Source of the DNA: Candidatus Bathyarchaeia archaeon
GTDB lineage: Archaea > Thermoproteota > Bathyarchaeia > Bathyarchaeales > Bathycorpusculaceae
Assembly (NCBI GenBank): GCA_049512935.1
Contig: JBEKWR010000007.1
Location: forward strand, 1 to 64,000
Direction of reading: 5' to 3'
Length of the DNA: 64,000 nt
In this document: positions 38,231 through 49,988 of the stretch, piece after piece
Numbering within the stretch: position 1 is the stretch's first letter
Layout of the letters: each line of letters starts with the position of its first letter
Translations under genes and position numbers: made by a program
Notes under the pieces: model-generated
Told to the model about the DNA's origin: nothing
The model's database searches: none
The model's input: the letters and a program-made list of their open reading frames with translations, nothing else

Positions 38231-39028
38231 TTACCGGCGTTGTTTCTCTCTCTTAAAAGAGCCTTGCCCGCCTGCTTTAGTAATGTTATCGATTACGGCT
38301 TGGCTTACTTCGTCAAGGAGGTCTTCAGCACTTTTCCAGTTGTCCGCTGAAACGTCCACGCTATACCTAGGCGCTGCGATTACAGCAAATTCAATTTTGG
38401 AGCTTCGGCTTTTTTGCGCTTTTTTGGCGTCTGCAAACGCTTGTTGGATACATTTTACGCCGTTCGGTTTCATGCAGCGAATTTCAAGAACTCCCTTGAC
38501 GTTGACCATTTTTATGTGAATGCGTTCTTCTGCAATTTTGGCGAAGGCTTTGGCCATGTCTTCAGGTATGCCCAATTTGGTTAGTGCTTCTGGACCTTCC
38601 TTTAAGGCTGTTTCAAAACTCTCGTACAAGCCATCCGCTTCTTCAATTATAGGACCTGCTTTCTCGTACACGGTCTCTATGGGTAAGCCTACTTGATCTG
38701 CCACTGCCCGCAGGAGAACTTCTCCTTTGCGGTCCTTTTTCCAAGCTTTGACTTTTTCGATTCTTTCGCGTTTTGTAACACGTCTTAAGGATAAATCGAT
38801 ATGTCCTTTTTCTATGTCTACTCGGAGAACCTTAAGGACTATTTTTTGTTTTTCCCTTATGAAATCATGAAGGTTTCTTACTCGGGCGCTTGAGATTTCG
38901 GAGATGTGAAGAAACCCTCGTTTGTTGTATTCGTCCAGGTTAGCGTAGGCCCCGTAATCCATGACGCTCTCTATGGTGGCCATTACTAGGTCGCCTGGTT
39001 CTGGCCATTCAGGTTTATGTTCAGACAT
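38231..39028 (-). CDS. eif2a: translation initiation factor 2 subunit alpha
   Basis: WPEPGDLV, YGAYANLDEY, HISEIS, KGHIDLSLRRV, APRY. Confidence 0.96.
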   Translation of the reverse strand: MSEHKPEWPEPGDLVMATIESVMDYGAYANLDEYNKRGFLHISEISSARVRNLHDFIREKQKIVLKVLRVDIEKGHIDLSLRRVTKRERIEKVKAWKKDRKGEVLLRAVADQVGLPIETVYEKAGPIIEEADGLYESFETALKEGPEALTKLGIPEDMAKAFAKIAEERIHIKMVNVKGVLEIRCMKPNGVKCIQQAFADAKKAQKSRSSKIEFAVIAAPRYSVDVSADNWKSAEDLLDEVSQAVIDNITKAGGQGSFKREKQRR

Positions 39029-39148
39029 TGTCTTTATCGTCCCCCATTAATCTTGGTTTATTAGGATTCAAAAGAAATTGAATTCCTAACGTATTACTTG
39101 CTGTTGTGCAGATAAGGATATCCTTCGAAAGGATTGAAGTTTGCTGTT

Positions 39149-39451
39149 CTATTCCTTCTTTTCTGACTTGACGATGTAAATTTCTTTGTTGCGGACTTTA
39201 AGGGCTATGTTAAATTTTCTGTCTGGTTTTTTGTTGTATGACCTTACTCTGAATGAGAAAGGAGCGTACAGGGTTTTTACCGTTTTTCCCTCGACTTCAA
39301 CCTTAAACATTTTCTCGGGACTTTCAATAATTTCCTTGAAAACTGCGTCGTACTCGGGAATCTTGGCGAGCTTCCGTCCTTGAGGTATTTCTCTTACCGG
39401 CGTGGCTTTTGCCACTATTTTTCTATTGCTAACTTTTTCTAGCTTAGGCAT
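39149..39451 (-). CDS. small basic hypothetical protein
   Basis: 100-aa Lys-rich ORF with ATG and GTGA SD-like site. Confidence 0.65.
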   Translation of the reverse strand: MPKLEKVSNRKIVAKATPVREIPQGRKLAKIPEYDAVFKEIIESPEKMFKVEVEGKTVKTLYAPFSFRVRSYNKKPDRKFNIALKVRNKEIYIVKSEKKE

Positions 39452-39768
39452 CTATTTCACACTATATGTCATGTTAATTGCACTATATAACATTGATGTA
39501 ACTAGTCAAAATATCAATGGTCAACTTAACACTCTAATTGCTAGTCACTAACTTAATCAGAACAAACGAGCTTTCTTTCTCTTTCCTCACTGTGGTTGCT
39601 TCAACTTTCAATTTGTAAATCCAATGATCTTAAAAGGGGTTCAAGTCGAGGGTTTGCAAGCAAACAGAAGTGACATTATAAATATGTTAGAACAAATTTT
39701 TGGACCAATCAAAACTGATTTTGCAGGAATTTTTATACTTGAAAACTAATTGGTAACAGGGGAAACGA

Positions 39769-40878
39769 TTGAGCAGTCCTGAGGGCTACATGTCCGGAAT
39801 GCTTTTGGAAAAGGAAGAGAAGGCTAGAGAGGTAATCGAGGGGTGCAAGATGGAGAATGGCTTCTACGCCAGCACAAAACGCTATCGCTCCCTATGGCTA
39901 AGAGACCTAGTCTACTCGGAGGATGCACTGCTAAAGCTCGGATACCGAAAGAATGTCGAAAACCACCTATCGGAATTCATAAAGCTGCAGCTCAGGAACG
40001 GTCAAATGCCGACAGTGATCGACTTCAGCCTCAGCAAATTGATTCGTCAAAGGTATCAACCCTGCCCATCCGACACAGAAATCTTGTTTGTCATAGGAAT
40101 GCGCAAACACGCCGAATTCGCAGGCAACCAGTTTTTCAAAGAAAATGAGGAGGCCGTGAAAACATGCATCACATTCATCGAGAGCAAACTGGATGAGCAC
40201 AAGCTTGTCCCGGGCATGGACTGGAGGGATGTGATGCCCAACTACCGAGGGAAGTGCCTTCTTGCGAACCAGATGCTCCTTGTCGACATGTACGAATTGC
40301 TCGGGAACTTAACAGCCGCAAATTTAGTCAAGGAGAATGTAAACAAGTTCTTTTACTCAAAGAACTTGAGCTTCTATCCCGACACCGTTTACTGGGAAGA
40401 CGGCGAACTGAAGCAAGATCACAACTTTGACAGCCTCGGAAACGCGTTAGCCATCCTCAACGGCACCGCTTCGGAAGAAGCCGCCGAGGGCATTCTCAAG
40501 GGTTTTAATGCTGCAAAAACACCCTTCGGTTACAGGAACATCACGCCAGACTACGAATTCAACCGAGCAAAGCTACTGGCAACATGGTATCTTATGTGTC
40601 GCGTAGCGAACGGCGCTTTTCTGAGAAACAAATATGACAGGTATCAGAACTCTGCGATATGGCCGTTTGTCGAGATAAGAGTGATTGATGCGCTAAGAAA
40701 AATGCAAGCCACCAGCGAAGCCGAAGCGGCGATTAACCTGATGATTGAACGAAAGGGTTTCAACGAGTTCTACGATCCAACGACTGGAGCGCCAAGAGGA
40801 AGCGAGGGACAGCTTTGGACAGCCGCAGCTGTGCTTTCGGCAATTGACCGTGAAAGTCTTATACAACAAAAAGCATAG
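39769..40878 (+). CDS. (alpha/alpha)6 glycoside hydrolase (GH100 invertase / glycogen-debranching C-terminal-like)
   Basis: YRSLWLRD, DWRD, FDSLGNALAIL, YQNSAIWPF, FNEFY, QLWTAA. Confidence 0.85.
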   Translation: MSSPEGYMSGMLLEKEEKAREVIEGCKMENGFYASTKRYRSLWLRDLVYSEDALLKLGYRKNVENHLSEFIKLQLRNGQMPTVIDFSLSKLIRQRYQPCPSDTEILFVIGMRKHAEFAGNQFFKENEEAVKTCITFIESKLDEHKLVPGMDWRDVMPNYRGKCLLANQMLLVDMYELLGNLTAANLVKENVNKFFYSKNLSFYPDTVYWEDGELKQDHNFDSLGNALAILNGTASEEAAEGILKGFNAAKTPFGYRNITPDYEFNRAKLLATWYLMCRVANGAFLRNKYDRYQNSAIWPFVEIRVIDALRKMQATSEAEAAINLMIERKGFNEFYDPTTGAPRGSEGQLWTAAAVLSAIDRESLIQQKA

Positions 40879-41252
40879 AGCAGAAAAGCTTACGCAGATT
40901 TGAGGACCTAAAGCATGAACAATTATTCTCAGCTTTCGGGTTAAGTGTTTCATGCTTGGGCTCGCCTGCTTCCGTTATATGCTAAGTCCTTTTGTAAGCC
41001 GTGTTTAAATTGAACTAAATATTTTAAACATATAGCAAAAAATTCTTCCAGAGGTGCTGTGCATGTTGGTTTGCTAAGAACTTTTTTGTGAAATCCAAAC
41101 ATGAGCAACCGAATTTTGGTTAGTTGTTGCTGTTCCGTTCAGACTTGGCGTTTTCAAACCCGAAGGCTCTTTTTTTTATGCTTTTGCAGTGAATTTGGGT
41201 TAGTTTTAAATTCGAACCAAGCAATACTTTTCTCATAAGCGGGCTTAACAGA

Positions 41253-41459
41253 ATGGAAAAAATAGCGGAAGGCATCAGCGACTTCGGCGATTTCAAGGCT
41301 ATTTTGTATAAAACATCGGACGGTCGGCATTTTGTTCGGGTTGAGCCTTTGGACAGGTGCGGAAAACCTCATGTTGAGTGGCTATGCGGAGATGACCATT
41401 TAGAGTGGCTCAGATGCTTAGATCATGAGTCAACAGACAACCAAGAAACGCCCTTTTGA
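41253..41459 (+). CDS. small hypothetical protein
   Basis: 68-aa ORF with ATG start. Confidence 0.5.
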   Translation: MEKIAEGISDFGDFKAILYKTSDGRHFVRVEPLDRCGKPHVEWLCGDDHLEWLRCLDHESTDNQETPF

Positions 41460-41551
41460 TTAAAAAAGCAAGTTTTGGCCCTTGCAAAAAAAGAGAAGAA
41501 ATGCATTGCTGGCGGCAGAAGCGCTGCCAAGCGGCGGTTGCCAGGTTGATT

Positions 41552-43405
41552 CTATTCGGTCATGTAGGTTATGTCGTCCCACGGGTGCCTGTAGAGTCCC
41601 TGCTTGAGACGTTTCTGGTCTAGGAAGTGCGCGGTCATGCCGATTGTTCTGCCCACCACGAAGAGACCGTTAAGGGCCCCCATCTGAACGTACTCGTCGG
41701 CTTCCTGCTTTGGCATCTCGTTCCGGAGCATGTCAACGAAGCAGATTCCGATGCAGCCGTCAACGTTCAGGATGAGGTTGTCTTTCTTCGCAGTCGTGAG
41801 TTTCTCAACCTCAAGGGCGTAGTCAAGAAGCGGCGTGGATTTGAAGTGCTTCTTAGCGTAATCTTTCATGATGGCCACCCGCATGTCAGGGTTGTTAATG
41901 TTCTTTATCAGGTGCCCGATGCCCTGGATGTTTTCGCCCTTCCTCTTCATCTCCTCAACGAACTGGGCGGGGCTTAATCCCCTGTCGTAGGCGTCGGAGA
42001 AACTTTGAGCTGCACCGTCGATGGCGCCTCCGAACCTTGGGCCGATGGTCAGCAAGCCGCTTGCGACTGAGGACATCAGGTCCTTGCCTGCCCTCGCCGC
42101 GACTATGGCGTTGTGAGTGCCCGAAACGGCGGGACCGTGGTCAGCCGTAACCATGATTGCCATCTCGATGAACTTGGTCGCGTACGCTGGAAGCTGGCGC
42201 TTGAACCAAAGGATGCTCAGCACTCCGCCGATTCCTATGTCCTGTTTGAAGACTTCGGATATGGGCATTTTGCCGTAAAGCAGCTCTTCACCGCGGTCGT
42301 CGGATATGGTACAGATGAAGTTGGAGGGTTTTCTGATCAAGCCTTCCTTCAACGCCTTAGCGTAGTCCATGGGAATTCGGGGCACCGGCGGCTCCGGCTT
42401 AGGTTTGATGACGCCTTTTCGAACCAGAGTCTCGTACGTTTCCCTTATTTTCTGGTCATAATCATCGTATGAGTTGGGAACTATCGCGCCAGCCTTCTTA
42501 AGCGCAGCATTCTTCGCGTCAGCGGTTTCCACGTCGCAACCCGCTTTGGCGCCCGCGTGACCGAACTGAACCTCGGTTTTGAAGACCTTCGTGCAGGTTC
42601 CCGTAACCCAAATCACCAGCGGCTTCGTTATCTTCCCGCTTTTAAGCGCCTCGGCGATCTCGTACTCGCTGCTGCCACCAACTTCTCCCAAGCAAACCAA
42701 CATCTTGATTTCGGGGATGCCTTCGAACCTGAGAAGGTGATCCAGCAGGGTTGAGCCTGGGTAAGTGTCTCCGCCGATGGCGATGCCCTCGTACAAGCCG
42801 TCCGTGTTTCGGGAGATGATGTTGTACGCCTCGTTGCTTAAGCCGCCCGATTTAGACACGAAACCCACGGAACCTGGTCTGTGAAGTTTGGACTCAACGA
42901 TGTTTTCAATCGTGCCTCCAGCGTTGCCGATTTTGAAGCAGCCGGCTTTTACTCCTCCTACGGTTGCGGGACCAATTATGACTTTTCCCAAAGCCTTAGC
43001 CTTGGCTGTAAGCAGCTTCATCCGCCGCTCAGGAACTCCTTCGGCGATTATCACGAATGTGCGTATCTGCGGTATGTTTAGTGCCTCTTCGGTTGACGGT
43101 GCAGCGGACCTTAATGACGCAAAGTTTATCATCACGTCAACGTTTGGGTGCATCTGCGCAGCCTTTTCGGTGGTTTTGTAAACGGGTATTAGGATCTCGC
43201 GTTTGCCGAAAAAGAACTTCCCGAAGCTGTCCGAGCCTGTAGGGTTGATTATTGCAGCGACCGACGGCGTCGTGCGTCCAGAAGCATAGTCAAAGTCAAG
43301 CATCCTCTGTGTTGCGGCGACCTGGTTGTTGTAAATGAATGATTGAGTGTTCTTGTCGAAGAGCTCGTTCTTGTTGGTTTTCTTGGCTTGTTCGGTCTTT
43401 GACAT
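41552..43405 (-). CDS. aclA: ATP citrate lyase subunit A (CoA-binding + phospho-His + citryl-CoA lyase domains)
   Basis: [76 protein letters not shown]. Confidence 0.96.
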   Translation of the reverse strand: MSKTEQAKKTNKNELFDKNTQSFIYNNQVAATQRMLDFDYASGRTTPSVAAIINPTGSDSFGKFFFGKREILIPVYKTTEKAAQMHPNVDVMINFASLRSAAPSTEEALNIPQIRTFVIIAEGVPERRMKLLTAKAKALGKVIIGPATVGGVKAGCFKIGNAGGTIENIVESKLHRPGSVGFVSKSGGLSNEAYNIISRNTDGLYEGIAIGGDTYPGSTLLDHLLRFEGIPEIKMLVCLGEVGGSSEYEIAEALKSGKITKPLVIWVTGTCTKVFKTEVQFGHAGAKAGCDVETADAKNAALKKAGAIVPNSYDDYDQKIRETYETLVRKGVIKPKPEPPVPRIPMDYAKALKEGLIRKPSNFICTISDDRGEELLYGKMPISEVFKQDIGIGGVLSILWFKRQLPAYATKFIEMAIMVTADHGPAVSGTHNAIVAARAGKDLMSSVASGLLTIGPRFGGAIDGAAQSFSDAYDRGLSPAQFVEEMKRKGENIQGIGHLIKNINNPDMRVAIMKDYAKKHFKSTPLLDYALEVEKLTTAKKDNLILNVDGCIGICFVDMLRNEMPKQEADEYVQMGALNGLFVVGRTIGMTAHFLDQKRLKQGLYRHPWDDITYMTE

Positions 43406-43406
43406 T

Positions 43407-44720
43407 TTACTGTGCTCCCTTCAGCGCCATCGAAACAATCTTGGTCATGTGCGTTTCGGGTCCGTACACTTCGATCGGGACGCCCAATTTCTCGCCAAGC
43501 GCCCTCATCTGACTCAGACCTTCCTGATAGTTGGGTCCGCCTCTGCGCACGTATATCTTAACCTTGTTCTCCTGAAGATTCTTCCGGTACTCTCTTAGCG
43601 CTCTGATTATGCCCTTGAACGTGGACGCGACGTCGGTGAAATTCGCTATTCCTCCGCCTATAAGCAGGAACTTGCCTTTGGGGTTCGCCTTTCTAGTCAT
43701 GAGGTCAAGTATTGTTTTGGCGTAGAGGTACGTGAACTCCTCGCTTGGGTCTCCAGAGTATTCGCCGTAGTTAGCCAACTCGCTCATGAAGCCAAGGTCA
43801 GTGATTGTGTCGGCGTAAATGATTGATGCGCCACCGCCCGCAACCATCGTCCAGACTCTTCCCTCAGGGTTAAGAACGGTCAACTTGAGAGAAGCCCCAG
43901 TCTTGGAGTCCAAGTCCTCGACAAAAGCTTCCTCCTTGCATAAAACCCTGCCGAAAGGAGCGGGAAACTCGATTTCGCCCCATTTTTCGCCGCTCTCAAA
44001 CTCGGCGGTGCTGTCTAACTTGGCTGCGAGATCCAAGGGGATAATCAAATTACCCTTTACTACAAGCGGGTTAATTTCCAAGTAAGTAAAATTGAGGTCA
44101 GCGTAAAACTTGAACAACGCCTCGATGAAGCCAGCGATCAACTTCTTGCGTTCGGCGGGAACTTTTTCGAGGAGTTTCTTCTGAATCTCGGCTGATTTCG
44201 GGAAGGTGCCTATGGGTACTTCCAAGCGAGAAGCTTTACTGTCTACGTCGCCAACGTTTACTCCGCCTTCATGGTGGAACATTATGGCGTCGCCGTCTTT
44301 GGTGGACATTATGGCGAGGTAGCATTCGTCCGCGTCGCTGTGGGGTACCATAGGCTCGATGATGAAGTGTGTTAGCTGCCCCACGGTTCCTTTGTCGCAG
44401 GGCTTTCCGTCGGCGTCGAATTGTCCATGGACGGTTATCGGTTTCTTAGATTTCTGTTCTATCCACGCGACGGCTTGGTTGTAGTCTGCGTCGACAAGGA
44501 TGAGCTTGTTTTTTCCTCTGCGCTTTATCAGTTGGTCAGGCTTAACGACTAACTTCTCAGTGGTCAACCACTTGTATCTGTTAGGCAGCCAAGCCATGTC
44601 GGTGTCTGGATCGACCGAGACGATCTTGTCCGAAACCTCGTACTTCCCTTCAGAGTACTCCTTAAGCAGGCGGGCAAGCATGCGCTTCCCGTCGGCCTCT
44701 CTGATAGCCTTATGAGCCAT
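43407..44720 (-). CDS. aclB: ATP citrate lyase subunit B (ATP-grasp + citrate-binding)
   Basis: [65 protein letters not shown]. Confidence 0.96.
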   Translation of the reverse strand: MAHKAIREADGKRMLARLLKEYSEGKYEVSDKIVSVDPDTDMAWLPNRYKWLTTEKLVVKPDQLIKRRGKNKLILVDADYNQAVAWIEQKSKKPITVHGQFDADGKPCDKGTVGQLTHFIIEPMVPHSDADECYLAIMSTKDGDAIMFHHEGGVNVGDVDSKASRLEVPIGTFPKSAEIQKKLLEKVPAERKKLIAGFIEALFKFYADLNFTYLEINPLVVKGNLIIPLDLAAKLDSTAEFESGEKWGEIEFPAPFGRVLCKEEAFVEDLDSKTGASLKLTVLNPEGRVWTMVAGGGASIIYADTITDLGFMSELANYGEYSGDPSEEFTYLYAKTILDLMTRKANPKGKFLLIGGGIANFTDVASTFKGIIRALREYRKNLQENKVKIYVRRGGPNYQEGLSQMRALGEKLGVPIEVYGPETHMTKIVSMALKGAQ

Positions 44721-44732
44721 CCATATCCTCCT

Positions 44733-45950
44733 TTAGTCAAGCTTCCTCCTGAGCCTTTCTACAACCTCGGCAATAAACTCCTCGGTGTAAACCTGCCTGT
44801 TCTTCGGGTCGGGCGTGGCAACCAGCATCAAATCGCCAGTCATGATGCCGCTTTCAACGGTTTCAAGGGCGGCTTGCTCCAGCTTCTTCGCGAATTCCAC
44901 GACTTCCGGCGTGTTGTCCAGTTCGCCTCTCTTTTTAAGGCAGCCTGTCCAAGCGAATATCAGCGCCATGGAGTTGCTTGAGGTTTTTTCGCCTTTGAGG
45001 TGTTTGTAGTAGTGCTTCTGCACGGTGCCATGGGAGGCTTCAAACTCGTAAAAGCCCTGCGGGCTGACAAGCACGGAAGTCATCATCGCCAAGCTACCGT
45101 ACGCTGAACCGAGCATGTCGCTCATGACGTCGCCGTCGTAGTTTTTGCAAGCCCAGAGCAACCCGCCCTCAGTCTTCATTACCCTGGCAACCGCGTCGTC
45201 GATCAGAGTAAAGAAGTATTCGAGCCCTGCCTGCTTGAATTTGGCAACCCAGTTTTTCTGAAACTCCTGCTCGAATATGATGCGGAACTGCCCGTCGTAA
45301 GTTTTGGAAATCGTGTCTTTTGCGCCGAACCACAAATGAAGCTTCTGATCGTATGCGTACGTGAAGCATGCCTTGGCGAAGCTCTCGATGGACTTGTCGG
45401 TGTTGTGAATGCCCTGAATGACGCCTGGCCCCTTGAAGTCCTGAATGGTACCGCGGAACAGCTCCTTACCCGCCGAGCTTGTGTAGACCAGTTCAGCTTT
45501 GCCTGATTCTGGAACCCGAAACTCGCAGTTCTTGTAAACGTCACCGTACGCGTGCCTTCCGATGTGGATAGGTTTCTTCCAAGACCTGACCGCTGGCGGA
45601 ATGTTCTTGACGAGAATCGGCGCGCGGAAAACGGTCCCGTCCAACGCGGCTCTTATGGTGCCGTTTGGGCTGCTCCATTCTTTCTTGAGGTTGTACTCTT
45701 TAACGCGTTCCTTGTTCGGGGTGATGGTGGCGCATTTCACTCCTACGCCGTGTTTCTTTATGGCTTCTGCCGCTTCGAGAGTTATTTTGTCCTCGGTCTC
45801 GTCTCGCTTCTTTAGCTGCAGGTCATAGTACTCAACGGGCATGTCCAGGTACGGGAGAAGAAGCTGTTCTTTAACCATGTGCCACATGATCCGGGTCATT
45901 TCGTCCCCGTCTATCTCAACGATCGGCGTTTTCACTTTTATCTTGTCCAT
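44733..45950 (-). CDS. icd: NADP-dependent isocitrate dehydrogenase (type II, eukaryote-like)
   Basis: [52 protein letters not shown]. Confidence 0.96.
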   Translation of the reverse strand: MDKIKVKTPIVEIDGDEMTRIMWHMVKEQLLLPYLDMPVEYYDLQLKKRDETEDKITLEAAEAIKKHGVGVKCATITPNKERVKEYNLKKEWSSPNGTIRAALDGTVFRAPILVKNIPPAVRSWKKPIHIGRHAYGDVYKNCEFRVPESGKAELVYTSSAGKELFRGTIQDFKGPGVIQGIHNTDKSIESFAKACFTYAYDQKLHLWFGAKDTISKTYDGQFRIIFEQEFQKNWVAKFKQAGLEYFFTLIDDAVARVMKTEGGLLWACKNYDGDVMSDMLGSAYGSLAMMTSVLVSPQGFYEFEASHGTVQKHYYKHLKGEKTSSNSMALIFAWTGCLKKRGELDNTPEVVEFAKKLEQAALETVESGIMTGDLMLVATPDPKNRQVYTEEFIAEVVERLRRKLD

Positions 45951-45961
45951 TTCATTCGCCC

Positions 45962-47893
45962 TCACTTAACTGTGTACGAGAGCAAGCCGCCCTCGTAGAG
46001 AATGTCCTTTTGCCTCTGCGAAAGGCTGTATCCAAGCTCGATTTTCAGGTTCTTGGTCTTGTCCACCAAGATGACTGGCTCGTTGTTCTGCAGTTTCTTC
46101 TTGATGTCTGGAATTTCAATCTCGTCACCCTGATCTATCTTGTCGTAGTCAGCCGCGTTCTTGAACGACAGCGAAATGATGCCGAAGTTTACAAGGTTAG
46201 CCGCGTGGATCCGCTCAACCGACTTGGCGACGATTGCTTTGACGCCGAGATACATTGGGCAAAGTGCGGCGTGCTCTCTGGAGCTTCCTTGACCGTACGA
46301 TTCCCCCGCAACTATGACGGTGGCAAGTCCTTTCTGCTTGTCCGCCATAGCCCTCTTGGGGAACGCTGGGTCAATCGGCTCGAAGACGAATTCGCTGTAC
46401 TTGGGCACGTTGGATCTGTACTTGAGCCTAGCGCCCGCCGGCATTATGTGGTCCGTGGTGATTTTGTCGCCCACCTTTATTCCTACGTGTCCTTTGATGT
46501 TGTCAGGCATCTTGTCGTTGACTGGAGGAGTTCCGATGTTTGGTCCCCTGACCACCTCAACGTTCTTGTCAGCGTCCTTCGGGAAGATGAACATGGAGTC
46601 ATCGACCAGGAACTTCGTTGGCATGCTGACTTTCGGGTAAGCCATGCCTGTCGTTCGGGGGTCAGTGAACTTGCCTGCGATCGCCGACACAGCTGCAACC
46701 TCTGGGCTTACAAGGTAGACCTGAGCATCCGCAGTGCCGCTTCTTCCTTCAAAGTTTCTGTTGCTTGTCCTAAGTGAAACCGCCATTGTTTTTGGGCTTT
46801 GGCTGTTGCCGATGCAGAAACCGCATGCCGCCTCCTGCAATCTGGCACCTGCGCCCAGCAGGTCGCTCAGGTAGCCGTCTCTTGCCGCCATCTGAAGGAC
46901 TTGTCGTGAACCTGGCGCAACTCCGAACGAGACGTCAGGATGGACTTTCTTGCCCTTCATGATTTTGGCTACTGTGGCTATTTCTTTGTACGAAGAGTTA
47001 GTGCATGATCCTACCATCACCTGATCAACCTTTACGTCTTTGAGGTCGCGGACGCGCACAATGTTGCCCGGGCTGTGAGGTGCCGCGGCAAGAGGCTCCA
47101 GCGCGCTGAGATCTAAATCTACAACCCTGTCGTACTCAGCGTCATCATCGGCGCTCAGCTCAACCCAGTCTGCTTCCCTTCCCTGCGCCTTAAGGAACCT
47201 CTTTGTTTCCTCGTCTGACGGAAAAATCGAGGTTGTGACGCCCATTTCAGCGCCCATGTTTGCGATTGTGGCTCTTTCAGGAACCGTAAGGGTCTTCACG
47301 CCGGGTCCAGCGTACTCCATGACGACGTCAACGTTGCCCTTCGTCGAGAAAATCTCCAGCATCTTCAGAACCACGTCTTTAGCGGTTACCCAAGGCTGAA
47401 GGCTGCCCTTCAAGTTTATCTTGTACACTTTTGGGCAATTCAAGTAGAATTCGCCGCCGCCCATAGCTACCGCGACGTCGAGTCCGCCTGCGCCGATGGC
47501 TATCATCCCGATGCCTCCTCCCGTTGTCGTGTGACTGTCGGAGCCTAGAAGGGTCTTTCCAGGCTTGCCGAACCGCTCCAAGTGAACTTGGTGGCATATG
47601 CCGTTTCCAGCTTTTGAGTAAATGATGCCGTACTTGGCGGCTACTGTTTGCAGGTACTTGTGGTCGTCAGCGTTTTCGAAACCGACTTGGACGGTGTTGT
47701 GGTCTACGTAGCTTACGGAAAGCTCGGTTTTCACCTGTTTTAGACCCATAGCCTCGAACTGCAAATACGCCATCGTTCCCGTGGCGTCCTGAGTTAGGGT
47801 TTGGTCGATCCTTATGCCTATTTCTTTTCCAAGGACGTAATCGCCGACTACGAGATGCTTTTCAATTATTTTTCGAGTAAGGGATTTGCCCAT
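45962..47893 (-). CDS. acn: aconitate hydratase (single-chain, about 640 aa)
   Basis: [60 protein letters not shown]; likely start 47893. Confidence 0.95.
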   Translation of the reverse strand: MGKSLTRKIIEKHLVVGDYVLGKEIGIRIDQTLTQDATGTMAYLQFEAMGLKQVKTELSVSYVDHNTVQVGFENADDHKYLQTVAAKYGIIYSKAGNGICHQVHLERFGKPGKTLLGSDSHTTTGGGIGMIAIGAGGLDVAVAMGGGEFYLNCPKVYKINLKGSLQPWVTAKDVVLKMLEIFSTKGNVDVVMEYAGPGVKTLTVPERATIANMGAEMGVTTSIFPSDEETKRFLKAQGREADWVELSADDDAEYDRVVDLDLSALEPLAAAPHSPGNIVRVRDLKDVKVDQVMVGSCTNSSYKEIATVAKIMKGKKVHPDVSFGVAPGSRQVLQMAARDGYLSDLLGAGARLQEAACGFCIGNSQSPKTMAVSLRTSNRNFEGRSGTADAQVYLVSPEVAAVSAIAGKFTDPRTTGMAYPKVSMPTKFLVDDSMFIFPKDADKNVEVVRGPNIGTPPVNDKMPDNIKGHVGIKVGDKITTDHIMPAGARLKYRSNVPKYSEFVFEPIDPAFPKRAMADKQKGLATVIVAGESYGQGSSREHAALCPMYLGVKAIVAKSVERIHAANLVNFGIISLSFKNAADYDKIDQGDEIEIPDIKKKLQNNEPVILVDKTKNLKIELGYSLSQRQKDILYEGGLLSYTVK

Positions 47894-48188
47894 AAGTGTC
47901 TCATCCTTTGGAAAGGTTTGTTTTTCTTTTGTGTATATAAAGGTTGTCAATTTATGGGCGATAAGCATTTTCTCGTTTACTTAAACCGACTTTAATCTAA
48001 ATATTGCGACTCAAAAAAGGATTTAAACCAAAAAATACGCGGGCTTTTCAATACCACGCCCAGATCCGTCTCGAAAGTTTCTTCGACGCCGTTTTAGTGC
48101 ATTACTAATCAGCGGTATCCCACATTGAGGCGTAGCAAAAACTAAATGCTAAGGATGCAATTACTTCAAACATGTTTGGGTGTATTCA

Positions 48189-49367
48189 ATGAAAGTGTTG
48201 CTGAACGACGGAATGGACGAGGAAGGAGTAAAACTATTCGAAAACGCGGGAATAGAAGTAGACAAGCGCAAGCGAGATCCCCAGGCTCTCGTTGAGCAGG
48301 CAGGAGAATTCGACGCCTTAGTCGTGCGGAGCGCCACCAAGATTACAAGAGAGATGATCGAGGCGGGAAGCAGAGGCAAGCTGAAAGTCATCGGCAGAGC
48401 AGGCGTCGGCACCGACAACATAGACGTCAAGTCCGCGACGGAATACGGGGTGATTGTTAAGTCGGCGCCGTTTGGAAACACGAACGCCACGGCAGAACTG
48501 GCACTCGCGTTGATGCTAGATGTTTCAAGGAGGGTTCCTCAGGGGCACTATTCCTTGAAGAGAGGCGTCTGGCGGAAGAAGTGCTTCGAGGGAACGGAAC
48601 TTTCAGGCAAGACCTTGGGAATTATAGGATGCGGACGGATCGGACAGAAACTAAGCGAACTTGTCGTCGGGTTCAGCATGGAAACATTGGGTTACGATCC
48701 GATTGTAAAGTCGAGTTCTAGGATAAAATTCGTGTCAAAAGAAGAAGTTCTGACAAAGGCTGATTACGTCAGCATTCATGTGAGCGGAAACGAAAACGTG
48801 ATCGGGGAAAAAGAGTTGATGATGATGAAGCCGTCGGCGTACTTAGTTAACACCTCTCGAGGGCGCAACGTCGACGCGAAGGCACTGTACAAGGCGCTCA
48901 AGGAAGGCAGGATAGCGGGGGCAGCGCTGGACGTTTTTGAAGACGAACCCGCGCAGGAAGACTCCGAGTTCAAAAGCATGCTGCGCCAGCTGGACAACAT
49001 CGTTTTTACCCCTCATCTGGGAGCGTCCACGGTTGAGGCTCAGAGGAAAACGTCGGTGGAAATGGCGCGGGTCATAATTGATTATCTGTTGCATGGTGAT
49101 TTTTCGAACGCGGTGAACGTGGGCGAAAGCATAGAGTTGGAGCAAAAACCCTTCTATCCCCTGTTTGTTTACCACGCTGACAAGCCGGGCATGTTTGCCA
49201 AGATAGACAAGGTTCTGGCTGATTTCGGCGTAAACATAAGGGAGAATCCGTCTAGGCAAATTGGGGTGGGCTGCGCCATCGCCGTGTACCTTGTGCATCA
49301 GAGAGTTGGGCAAGACGTGATAGACGAGTTGAACAAGCTTGAAGGAGTTATCAGAGCCATAGCATGA
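48189..49367 (+). CDS. serA: D-3-phosphoglycerate dehydrogenase-like D-2-hydroxyacid dehydrogenase with C-terminal ACT
   Basis: VRSATK, RAGVGTDNID, GCGRIG, NTSRG, LDVF, TPHLGAST, HADKPGM. Confidence 0.8.
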   Translation: MKVLLNDGMDEEGVKLFENAGIEVDKRKRDPQALVEQAGEFDALVVRSATKITREMIEAGSRGKLKVIGRAGVGTDNIDVKSATEYGVIVKSAPFGNTNATAELALALMLDVSRRVPQGHYSLKRGVWRKKCFEGTELSGKTLGIIGCGRIGQKLSELVVGFSMETLGYDPIVKSSSRIKFVSKEEVLTKADYVSIHVSGNENVIGEKELMMMKPSAYLVNTSRGRNVDAKALYKALKEGRIAGAALDVFEDEPAQEDSEFKSMLRQLDNIVFTPHLGASTVEAQRKTSVEMARVIIDYLLHGDFSNAVNVGESIELEQKPFYPLFVYHADKPGMFAKIDKVLADFGVNIRENPSRQIGVGCAIAVYLVHQRVGQDVIDELNKLEGVIRAIA

Positions 49368-49953
49368 GCGCAACCGACCTTTCTTAACTGGTAAGCAACA
49401 GGGGTAAATGCGGAGGGGGCGGTTATCGCTCCGCACGTTTGCCCTAAAGAACTGTTTAAAATTCTGACATTTTTTGTTGTCGGCTTCAAGATACCACAAA
49501 AGAATATTAACAATTCTGAGAGTAGATTTTGTTAGTTGTCCATAAAACCAGTAACCGTTCTTATGCTTAATTTTAGACTTTGAGTTTGCTGGCTTGGTGG
49601 CGTTAGCCTTGAGTCAGATCAAAATTTTTGTAAAACAAACCTTCGGCAACGTTGATTCAATCATATTCGATGCGGCGTTAACCCTTAACGCCATTGAAAC
49701 TGCGTACAAACTGAAGGAGTACGTAAGCTGAGGCAAGCGGCAAAAATAATGAGTTCACCGCTGGAACGCCGAGAAGTTCCAAACCTCTTCTCTTTTGTTG
49801 GTTATCTTCTTTCAAGTAATTGTTTTAAACTGTGCACGCGATAAATGGCGAATCGCTGAGTTGAAGCGCAAAGTACCTCATAAACTGCAAGATAGAAAAC
49901 TGTTCAAGACCTGATTGCGCCTCTGAGTTGCTAAACATTTTTAAGCAATGTTT

Positions 49954-49973
49954 GATATCGGTATTTCGATATC
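49954..49973. promoter_or_regulatory. putative PadR operator
   Basis: GATATCG-N6-CGATATC inverted repeat between TTTTTAA box and padR start. Confidence 0.55.
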
Positions 49974-49988
49974 GATTAGGCGATACGT

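Noticed and set aside
41552-44720. Succinyl-CoA synthetase or a complete reverse TCA cycle
   Set aside because: The citryl-CoA lyase domain and GGGIANFT identify ACL; the remaining rTCA enzymes are not in this window, so the cycle cannot be claimed.
46010-46777. Long antisense ORFs (e.g. 46010..46777, 48843..49499, 12645..13187, 720..1169)
   Set aside because: They are shadows of well-supported genes or the tRNA on the opposite strand and lack motifs.
49400-49900. Possible gene remnant or ncRNA in the long intergenic region after serA
   Set aside because: Only a short ORF fragment without a recognisable motif or convincing structure.
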